From assembly GCA_036336835.1 (NCBI GenBank), contig JAYZFK010000064.1, positions 1-30,384 on the forward strand: a stretch of 30,384 nt of DNA. The letters run 5' to 3'. Shown piece by piece: positions 9,660 through 17,019 of the stretch. The notes beneath the pieces are model-generated. The model was not told where the DNA came from. It was given only the letters and a program-made list of their open reading frames with translations, and searched no databases. The translations under genes and the position numbers were made by a program. Origin of the DNA: Myxococcota bacterium (GTDB lineage: Bacteria; Myxococcota_A; UBA9160; UBA4427). The first letter of the stretch is position 1. Each line of letters begins with the position of its first letter.

Positions 9660-10436
9660 TCACGGCCAGGTTTCCCGAAACTCCCGGGCGTCCACGATCT
9701 TGCCCGTAAAGCCCGACGCATCCTGCTGGCCGAGGAACAGCACGGAGGGCACGACCGAAGCGGGAGTCAGCCAACCCGTCCAGTCGTAGTCCTCGCCGAG
9801 CTCGTGCACGCTCGTCTCCGTCTTCACGGCTCCGGGACGCAGTGCGTTGACGGCAATGCCGTACTCGGCGAGCTCGACCGCCAGGGCGGTGCTGAAGCGC
9901 TCGAGCGCGGCCTTGGCGACCGCGTACACGAGAAAGCCAGGCGGCATGCGCGCTCCGAACGAAGCCGCCGCGCCCGATGACATGTTGATGATGCTTCCCG
10001 AGCCCTGTTGCTTCATTGCCGGCAGAACGGCCTGGACGGTCGAGTAGAGGCTTCGGACATTGACGCGCATCGACGTATCCCACATCTCGGGCGTCGTCTG
10101 CTCGAACAGGCCGCGCATCGGCGTCATCGCGTTGTTCATCAGGACGTCGACACGGCCGAATTCGGCGAGCGTCGCCTCCACCATCGCGTTGATCTCGCTC
10201 GCGATCCCGATGTCGCAACGGATCGCGAGCGCCTCGCCACCGCGCGCGCGGATCTCGTCGGCGGTTGCAACGATGCTGCCGGGCAGGCCGTCGGGACTCC
10301 GGTCGACGGTCCGGGCCGTGCAGACCACCTTCGCCCCGGCCTCGGCGAGCCCCAGCGCGAGCCCCTTGCCAATGCCGCGCGAGGCACCGGTAACGATCGC
10401 GACCTTCCCCTGCAGTGAGCGAGCGGTTCGAGCCAT
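9660..10436 (-). CDS. Short-chain dehydrogenase/reductase
   Basis: TGASRGIG, NNA, NMSS, YAVAK, NALRPG; strong purine-rich RBS. Confidence 0.93.
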   Translation of the reverse strand: MARTARSLQGKVAIVTGASRGIGKGLALGLAEAGAKVVCTARTVDRSPDGLPGSIVATADEIRARGGEALAIRCDIGIASEINAMVEATLAEFGRVDVLMNNAMTPMRGLFEQTTPEMWDTSMRVNVRSLYSTVQAVLPAMKQQGSGSIINMSSGAAASFGARMPPGFLVYAVAKAALERFSTALAVELAEYGIAVNALRPGAVKTETSVHELGEDYDWTGWLTPASVVPSVLFLGQQDASGFTGKIVDAREFRETWP

Positions 10437-10514
10437 GCTGCCTCCCCCTTCCCTCCGGTAATCGCCAGCTCTGCCGGCAGCGTAGCGAGCTGTGTCCGGC
10501 TAGGGTCTCACACG

Positions 10515-11600
10515 ATGAGCACTGAGGACCCCACGCCTGTCGAGTCGGGGAAGCCGGCGCCGGTGCGCATCGGCATCCTGCACGACCGGCCGCAGCCCGA
10601 CGCAGGAGCCAGCTTCGAACGCACGGCGCGGATCGGTGTCGACGACGTTGCCGCGGCCCGCCAGCTCGACCGCGGGATCGAGTTCATCCACGAAAGTGGG
10701 CACGGGCTGCCGATGGGCACCGCTCGGGCGGTGGAAGACGCCTTTGCCTCGCTCGCCGAACAGGGTGTTCTCGCCATCATCGGCCCCGCGATCAGCGACA
10801 ACGGGCTCGTCGCCCGCGACCTCGCCGACGCAGCGCGGATCCCCTGCATCAACTACACGGGCGGAGAGCAGACGCGCAGCGAGTGGATGTTCCACTACCA
10901 GGTCGGCTCGCTCGAAGACGAGCCGACCGTGCTGGCGCGCCACCTCTCCGCGCGCGGCCTCGAGACTGCAGCGGTCGTGTACGACCGCTCGCCGATCGGC
11001 CAGCGCTACGCCGAGTACTTCGACCAGGCTTGCGCGTCCCTGGGAATCGACCTGATCGGTCGGACCGGCATCTCGCCGCTGCAGCAGGACCTGTCGGGAG
11101 TCGCCGCAAAGCTGCAGGCGGTCGCGCCCGAAGCCCTGGTCTACCTCGGCCTGGGCCTGTCGGCGTACCCGCTCGGCCAGGCGGTGGCGAAGGCCGGCTG
11201 GGATGTGCCGGTGGCTGCGAACTCTGCACTGATGTTCGGCTACGCCTACCCCGAATGGACCCGCGTCTGGGAGGGCTGGAGTTACGTCGACGCCATCTCG
11301 GACGACAACCGTCTGCTCGCGCGTCTACAAGACCGGATCGACGCCGACGCGTCGCCCAGCCCCGGGACGGCCGCGGCCTACGATCTGGGGCGGCTGGTCG
11401 CCGAGGGTGTTGGACGCGCGGTGGCCCTGACGCGCGACGGCCTTCGGGATGCGCTCGAGCGGATCAAGCTGCTGCCCGCCACGATCGGCCGCGAGGGAAC
11501 GACCATGGGCTTCGGCCGCTGGGAGCGCTCGGCGTTGAAGGGGGAGTTCCTCGTACTCCGCCAGTGGCGCGCCGGCCGATCGCTGGAGCTGGACGACTGA
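10515..11600 (+). CDS. Type I periplasmic-binding-fold protein (LivJ/AmiC-like) without signal peptide
   Basis: VRIGIL, GVLAIIGPAIS, AARIPCI, AAVVYD...G, AAAYDLGRLVAE patterns of branched-chain amino acid-binding folds; N-terminus is acidic and Pro-rich with no hydrophobic core. Confidence 0.8.
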   Translation: MSTEDPTPVESGKPAPVRIGILHDRPQPDAGASFERTARIGVDDVAAARQLDRGIEFIHESGHGLPMGTARAVEDAFASLAEQGVLAIIGPAISDNGLVARDLADAARIPCINYTGGEQTRSEWMFHYQVGSLEDEPTVLARHLSARGLETAAVVYDRSPIGQRYAEYFDQACASLGIDLIGRTGISPLQQDLSGVAAKLQAVAPEALVYLGLGLSAYPLGQAVAKAGWDVPVAANSALMFGYAYPEWTRVWEGWSYVDAISDDNRLLARLQDRIDADASPSPGTAAAYDLGRLVAEGVGRAVALTRDGLRDALERIKLLPATIGREGTTMGFGRWERSALKGEFLVLRQWRAGRSLELDD

Positions 11601-12724
11601 GTCCGCTCCGCGCCGTCGTCGTGGGCAGCGGCTTCGGGGCGCGTGTCCACGTTCCGGCGCTGCGCGCCGCGGGCTTCGAGATCGCAGCGCTCGTGGGTCG
11701 CGAGGCGGCGCGCACCGAGCGACGCGCGCAGCGGCTGAGCATCCCCCGCGCGCTCACCTCGCTCGATGAGGCGCTGGCAATTCCCGGCGTCGATGCCGTC
11801 ACCGTCGCGACACCGCCGGCCGCCCACGCGCCGGTGGTGCTCGCAGCGCTGGCCGCCGGCAAGCACGTGATCTGCGAGAAGCCCTTCGCACTCGACGTGG
11901 CCGAGGCACACGCGATGCTCGCTGCCGCCCGCACAGCGGGCGTGGTGCACCGAGTGGGCTTCGTGTTTCGCTGGGCAGCCGATCGCGTGCTGGTGGCGCG
12001 GGCGATCGCCCGCGGCGCAATCGGACGACCGCGCTTCGCCAGCCTGGTCAGCTACGTCGAGCTCGTCGCCAACACCGAGCAGCGGGTCTTCCCCGCCTGG
12101 TGGTGGGAGGCCTCGCAAGGCGGCGGCTGGCTCGCCGCGTCGGGCTCGCATGCGATCGATCAGATTCGCGTCTGGCTCGGAGAGATCGAGTCCGTCAGCG
12201 CCGACCTCACATCACTGGCGCGCCGCGGTGACGTCAGCGAGGACAGCTTTTCCCTGCTGTTTCGCACGGCTTCCGGGGCGAGCGGCGTGCTGCAGCAGAC
12301 CGGCGGAGCCTGGGGTCCGCCGGCCGGCATCACGCGCATCGCCGGAACGATGGGCACCCTGTGGACCGAGGGAGATGCCGTCTGGCAGGCCAACGCCGAG
12401 GGTGCGCGCGAGCTCGCGATGCCGAGCGATCTCCGCCCGCCGGACGTTGCCGAAGTCACCGACGACTCGCGCCACCGTTACACGCACCTCGAGCTCGGTC
12501 CCTACACGCGACTCTGCGAGTCGTTCCGCGACGCGATCCTGGCTCGGGAGGAGCCCGTCGCCGGAATCGACGGCACGGTGCCTGCCGCCCGCTTCGAAGA
12601 CGGTCTCGCCAGCGTCGAGGTGACCGAGGCCGCCCAGCGATCACTCGCGAGCGGGCAGTGGGTCGACGTCGAAGCAGCCGCCACGCCACCGGCTCCGTCG
12701 CCGATCGAGCGTCAGTCGAGATAG
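11597..12724 (+). CDS. Gfo/Idh/MocA family oxidoreductase
   Basis: AVVVGSGFG, DAVTVATPP, GKHVICEKP, GGGWL...SHAID. Probable CTG start at 11597 overlapping the upstream TGA, with GGAG 8 nt upstream. Confidence 0.9.
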   Translation: MSPLRAVVVGSGFGARVHVPALRAAGFEIAALVGREAARTERRAQRLSIPRALTSLDEALAIPGVDAVTVATPPAAHAPVVLAALAAGKHVICEKPFALDVAEAHAMLAAARTAGVVHRVGFVFRWAADRVLVARAIARGAIGRPRFASLVSYVELVANTEQRVFPAWWWEASQGGGWLAASGSHAIDQIRVWLGEIESVSADLTSLARRGDVSEDSFSLLFRTASGASGVLQQTGGAWGPPAGITRIAGTMGTLWTEGDAVWQANAEGARELAMPSDLRPPDVAEVTDDSRHRYTHLELGPYTRLCESFRDAILAREEPVAGIDGTVPAARFEDGLASVEVTEAAQRSLASGQWVDVEAAATPPAPSPIERQSR

Positions 12725-14130
12725 CCCAGCGCACGAAGATAGTTGCGCAGGGGTTCGGGTAGCGCGTTCGACTTCACCTTGCGGAAGTCGATGGCGCCCC
12801 GGGCGTCGAGCTGCGCCAGGAACTCGTCGAGCAGGGGCGCGAGCTCCTCGACGCGCTCCGGCTCGTGGGCTGCGAGGTTCCTGCGCTCTGCTCGGTCGCG
12901 CTCGAGATCGTAGAGCTCGACGGGCCGATCGCCCTCTCCCGCGACCTGTTCGATCAGCTTGTAGCCGTTCAGGCGAACCGAAACGCGGTGCGGCCCCTTT
13001 CGCATCACCTGACTGAACGCCACGCGATCTCCCGCCTCCTCGCCACGCATCATCGGAACCAGACTCCGGCCGTCCCACGGACCGGCAGCGTCGGTGTCGG
13101 AAGGCGGCGGGAGCGAGAACAGGTCGAGCACCGTCGGCATCACATCCACCAGGCGTACCTGAGAGCTGATTCTCCCCACCGGGTAGGTCTCGAGCGGGTT
13201 GTAGAGGATCAACGGAACACGGAGCAGCTCGTCGTAGAGCGCGTGACCGTGCTCGCCAGCTCTCCGAGGAAAGCGACCGCCGAGATCCTCACCGTGATCA
13301 CTGGTCACCACCACGGCGACACGGTCCGCCAGTCCGACATCGTCCAGCGCGCCGAGAAGACGCCCCACGTGACGGTCCGAGAACGCAACGCCCCCATCGT
13401 ACAGATCGGAGAGATAGGCGAGCTCCACTTCGCCGAGCTCGATCGCCCCCAGGTGGATCCGCTTCGAATCGGTGTCCTCGAAGGTTCGACCGAGCTGCCC
13501 CGACGGTCGGTCGTTGCTGAAGAGCGACCGCCGGTAGGGCAGGTGCGGCTCGTAGCTGTGAATCAGCAGAAAGAACGGGAGCGCCGGGGCATCCCGCAGC
13601 CAGCTCTCCGCGGCCGCAAACGTCTGCTCGATTCCGCCGGCGGACGGACGCGTGCGGCCATCGAGAATCAGCTGCACCTTGCTGTCGAGCTCCTGATGCT
13701 CATCGAAGCCCCGGGCGAAGCCGTAATGAGAGGAGAAGAAGCCGCCCTCGGTGAAGCCGACCGTGTGGATCCCGGCATCCCGGAGAGTTTCCACCGCCGA
13801 GCTCAGCAGCACGTCGTTCGCGTAGACGGCCTTGCTCGGCGTCTGGCCGGTCACCAGTGCGATCATCGAGGGCAGAGTCCAGGGCGCGCTGCTGACCGCG
13901 TGCTCGAACAGCACCCCCCGGTTCGCGAGAGCATCGAGGGCGGGAGTCGTTTCCCGCGGATACCCGTCGATCGAGAGGCGATCGGCGCGAAACGTATCGA
14001 GCACGATGACGATCACGCCGTCGAGCTGCGGCGCGGACCTGGGCGAGCAGCCGAGGCACAGGCAAGCCAAGCCCGCACCCAGCATGGATGCCAGCCGCGG
14101 GGCCCAGCGTATGAAGACAGCGACCGCCAT
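12712..14130 (-). CDS. Sulfatase-like alkaline phosphatase superfamily hydrolase, probable lipoprotein
   Basis: Signal peptide ending LCLGC; DTFRADR, TPALD, APWTLPS...TG, HSYEPH, YDG, SDHGE, HGH, VPLI, ELYDL, C-terminal LRALGYL. Confidence 0.88.
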   Translation of the reverse strand: MAVAVFIRWAPRLASMLGAGLACLCLGCSPRSAPQLDGVIVIVLDTFRADRLSIDGYPRETTPALDALANRGVLFEHAVSSAPWTLPSMIALVTGQTPSKAVYANDVLLSSAVETLRDAGIHTVGFTEGGFFSSHYGFARGFDEHQELDSKVQLILDGRTRPSAGGIEQTFAAAESWLRDAPALPFFLLIHSYEPHLPYRRSLFSNDRPSGQLGRTFEDTDSKRIHLGAIELGEVELAYLSDLYDGGVAFSDRHVGRLLGALDDVGLADRVAVVVTSDHGEDLGGRFPRRAGEHGHALYDELLRVPLILYNPLETYPVGRISSQVRLVDVMPTVLDLFSLPPPSDTDAAGPWDGRSLVPMMRGEEAGDRVAFSQVMRKGPHRVSVRLNGYKLIEQVAGEGDRPVELYDLERDRAERRNLAAHEPERVEELAPLLDEFLAQLDARGAIDFRKVKSNALPEPLRNYLRALGYLD

Positions 14131-14142
14131 GCGAAGCCGCCC

Positions 14143-14742
14143 TCAGGGCGAGCGGCTGACCTCGTCGGCACCGCCGAGCCGCAGCCAGAACGACGCCCAG
14201 GCCTCGAGCTCGGCGGGAAGCCGCGGTGGCGCAGAGCCCTCCGGCCAGCCGTGGAAGCCCACGTCCTGGGGGCGCTCGTTCACATCTGCCGAGTACCAGT
14301 GTCGCTCCTTGCGGCGCACGAACAGCCACTCACCATCGACGCGCTGGTAGCGGTCGAAATAGCAGACCGCCAGCACGATCCAGCGGTCGCGGACTTCGTG
14401 CTCGGCCCGACAGTAGACGGCACCGCGCGCGTGGTCGCGATCGACGAGCTCGATCTGGTGTCCGCAGATCTGGTGCATCGAGCGGTAGAATCCCTGCAAG
14501 GCGGGCTCGATGTACTCGCGAAGCGCCTCGCGACCGAAGCGGTCCCGCCCCACCTGCACGTCCGGAATGAACAGCTCGAGCCACGCGTCGACATCGCGCG
14601 CGTCGACGGCGAGCGCATAGCGGATGGGCAGCTGGCCGATCTCGAGACGAGCCTCCACACGCTCGAGCCGATCCTGCATCGCGTCACGCGGACTGCGGGC
14701 GGCGACGTGCTCGGGGCGGCGCGGACGAGGGGGCGTTGCCAT
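14143..14742 (-). CDS. SnoaL/NTF2-like family protein (BaiE/LinA-like fold)
   Basis: ATG 14742 with GGGAG RBS; RLEIGQLPIRYALAVDARD, GREAL, SMHQICG, YFDRYQRVDGEWLFVRR. Confidence 0.85.
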   Translation of the reverse strand: MATPPRPRRPEHVAARSPRDAMQDRLERVEARLEIGQLPIRYALAVDARDVDAWLELFIPDVQVGRDRFGREALREYIEPALQGFYRSMHQICGHQIELVDRDHARGAVYCRAEHEVRDRWIVLAVCYFDRYQRVDGEWLFVRRKERHWYSADVNERPQDVGFHGWPEGSAPPRLPAELEAWASFWLRLGGADEVSRSP

Positions 14743-14900
14743 GCGACTTCTCCCGGCGATCCATCCAGAGTCTACGGGCACCGGATCCCTGAGAGGAAGA
14801 GCGTGAGGCCGACTTTCGCAAAGGTTCCATTCTCCCCGACTGGCCCGTGGGGCCCCGACAGGCCTCTCGATCGAGACCAGCGCGCTCGCCGGCAATGCGA

Positions 14901-15857
14901 TCAGGCGCGCGGGTCGTTGGGGACGTCCTCGCCACTGAAGGCGAACACGGCCCCCAGTGCCTGGGAGGGGGCGACCACCACCGAGCCATCGCGCCGCCGC
15001 GACGGCTCCACTCCGCACGCCCGCAGATGGCCGACGCCTGCCGCCAGATCCTCGAGACGGAAGGTCACCGAGTAGATCATCTCGCCGTTGCGCTCGAGCT
15101 CGCGCGCCTCGTCCAATTGGTCCGATTGGCCCGATTGGTCCGATTGGTCCGATTGGTCCGAGAGCGGTCGGGCCAGCTCCACGATCACCGGATCCGCGCC
15201 GAGCGCGACGAACAGGCTGTGCGTCCCGCGCGCCGTGTGCTCGTCCTCGAACAGGGGCCGCGCCTCCAGCACGTCGACGTACAGCGCCCGCGCCGCGGCG
15301 ATGTCGCGCACCAGCACCGTCAGATGCGAGCGCACGACGCGCAGCGGGTGCTCGTCGCGCCAGAAGTCGGGCGAGTAGGTGCCCAGCAGCCGCGGGTCGT
15401 AGCACTCTCCGAGCGCGTCGGCCGTCGCCACCCCTCCGCTCCCCTGCACGCGGGGCTGCATGAACTCGAGGATCCCGAAGCTGTCGCGCGGATGCGTGTA
15501 GATGGCGCTCCGCTCGGGGCGCTCCTCGACCGGGGCCCTTCCGTCCGTGATGCGGACGCCGTGCTCGCGCAGGCGCTGCCAGATTGCGCCGACATCGTTC
15601 GAGTAGAGCGCGATCGAATGCAGCCGCTGGCCGAAGCGCGCGTGGAAGCGCGCCACGTTTCCGTCCGTCCCGATCGGTGACATGGGCTCGGAGACGAAAT
15701 CGGCAAAGATCAGGATCGACGCGTCGCGCCCCTCGATCGTCGAGTGGTTGCCGCGAAACATGTACTGCGGCGCGAAGATCCGGTCGTACCACCGCTCGGC
15801 GGCGGCGAGGTCGTCGACGACGTGGGCAATGTGGAACAGCGATCCGATGTGCAGCAC
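14901..15857 (-). CDS. Two-domain VOC (glyoxalase/bleomycin resistance/dioxygenase) family protein
   Basis: FHIAHVVDDL, HSIALY, LEF, SHLTVLVRDI, VELARP, YSVTFRLEDL: repeated beta-alpha-beta-beta-beta modules. Confidence 0.8.
   Translation of the reverse strand: MLHIGSLFHIAHVVDDLAAAERWYDRIFAPQYMFRGNHSTIEGRDASILIFADFVSEPMSPIGTDGNVARFHARFGQRLHSIALYSNDVGAIWQRLREHGVRITDGRAPVEERPERSAIYTHPRDSFGILEFMQPRVQGSGGVATADALGECYDPRLLGTYSPDFWRDEHPLRVVRSHLTVLVRDIAAARALYVDVLEARPLFEDEHTARGTHSLFVALGADPVIVELARPLSDQSDQSDQSGQSDQLDEARELERNGEMIYSVTFRLEDLAAGVGHLRACGVEPSRRRDGSVVVAPSQALGAVFAFSGEDVPNDPRA
15112..15161. repeat. 9-bp tandem repeat (TCCGATTGG, about 5.5 copies), in frame in the VOC gene
   Basis: tccaattgg tccgattgg cccgattgg tccgattgg tccgattgg tccga; encodes SDQSDQSDQSGQSDQLD on the minus strand. 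Confidence 0.95.
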
Positions 15858-15860
15858 GGG

Positions 15861-16625
15861 CTAGCGCCCCTTCCAGACGGGCGCGCGCTTCTCGGCGAAG
15901 GCGCGCGGGCCCTCGCGCGCATCCTCGGTGCGCATGATGGCATTGCGCGCCTCGTCGTTCAGCGCCCACGTCTCCTCCTCGGAGGCCCCGACCACATCGC
16001 GCGCCAGCTGCTTGCCGCGCTGCACCGCGAGCGGGGCGTTGGCCGCAATGCGCTCGGCCAGCTCGATCGCGCTGTCGAGCAGGGCCTCGCGCGCCACCAC
16101 GCGATTGATCAGTCCCAGCTCGTAGGCGCGTTGCGCGTCGATCGGGTCGCCGGTGAGCACGATCTCGAGTGCGGGAGCCAGTCCGATCCGCTGACACACC
16201 CGCGCGACCCCGCCCGCGCCGGCGAGCATGCCGCGCCGGGCCTCCGGCAGGCCGAAGACCGCATGCTCGACGGCAACGCTCAGATCGCAGGCGAGCGCGA
16301 GCTCCAGCCCCCCGGCCAGACACGTGCCATTGACGGCCGCGACCAGCGGCTTGGTCCACCCGCGGCGGCAGACGTGAACCAGGCTGATCCCACGACCGGT
16401 GTCGGTCGGGTCTCCCTGCGACAGTGCCTTGAGGTCCGCACCCGAGCTGAACGACGCGTCCCCTGCGCCGGTCAATACCACCGCCCGCACGTCGTCGTCG
16501 GCATCGATCTCCGCCAGGCAGTCGTACAGCTCCACCGCAAGTGCTGCATTGAAGGCGTTGCGCACCTCCGGCCGGTCCAGCGTCAGGATCACGACGTGTC
16601 CCCGCCGCTCGGACTTCAGGGTCAT
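15861..16625 (-). CDS. Enoyl-CoA hydratase/isomerase (crotonase family)
   Basis: ATG 16625 with GAGGAGG RBS; LDRPEVRNA, FSSGADL, KPLVAAVNG, AGGLELALACD, FGLPE (both catalytic Glu), EGPRAFAEKR. Confidence 0.95.
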   Translation of the reverse strand: MTLKSERRGHVVILTLDRPEVRNAFNAALAVELYDCLAEIDADDDVRAVVLTGAGDASFSSGADLKALSQGDPTDTGRGISLVHVCRRGWTKPLVAAVNGTCLAGGLELALACDLSVAVEHAVFGLPEARRGMLAGAGGVARVCQRIGLAPALEIVLTGDPIDAQRAYELGLINRVVAREALLDSAIELAERIAANAPLAVQRGKQLARDVVGASEEETWALNDEARNAIMRTEDAREGPRAFAEKRAPVWKGR

Positions 16626-16682
16626 GCGGTCCCTCCTCGGGTTGGATAGATTATGCTCTCCGCGCCCGTTGGAGGGATACCG

Positions 16683-16988
16683 ATGCGTAACACCGCGACA
16701 ATCCATCTGGCCATGCTGCTGAGCCTACTCGTGCTGGCGGGCTGCAACACGCCTCCCACCACCACGACGATCACCACTACGACGGTCGAGTGCACCGCGG
16801 TCGAGGACACCAGCGAGGAAGGGACCGCTCCCGACACCCGCGAGTGCATCACCATCGACGAGGAGACCACCACCTCGCACCGCCCCCGGCAGTGCCACGG
16901 CATCTTGAGCTGCAGCTTCTGGGTCACAGGAGAAGCCATCGCACTGCCCTTCCGCGCCCTCGGAGCGGCCCTCGACGTCGTCTTCTGA
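16683..16988 (+). CDS. Small hypothetical lipoprotein (101 aa)
   Basis: GGAGG RBS at 16671, ATG 16683, hydrophobic signal ending in lipobox LAGC, Thr-rich linker, four further Cys, hydrophobic C-terminus. Confidence 0.75.
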   Translation: MRNTATIHLAMLLSLLVLAGCNTPPTTTTITTTTVECTAVEDTSEEGTAPDTRECITIDEETTTSHRPRQCHGILSCSFWVTGEAIALPFRALGAALDVVF

Positions 16989-17019
16989 CCGGGCGTGGAC
17001 GCCGCTGTATGATGGCGGC
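16985..17019 (+). promoter_or_regulatory. Putative promoter for a leaderless transcript of the CoA-transferase operon
   Basis: CTGACC (16985-16990), 17-bp spacer, TATGAT (17008-17013), 6 nt, then ATG 17020; no Shine-Dalgarno. Confidence 0.5.

Noticed and set aside
14743..14900. Riboswitch or ncRNA in the 158-nt intergenic region (GCAAA loop, TCTCGATCGAGA palindrome, GAGGCC/GGCCTC pairing)
   Set aside because: I could not match it to a riboswitch consensus, and TCGA/GATC palindromes are frequent throughout the window. An Rfam scan would settle it.
15112..15161. Collagen-like (PIG)n protein or mini-CRISPR
   Set aside because: PIGPIG is an alternative-frame reading of the 9-bp repeat; there are no spacers or cas genes.
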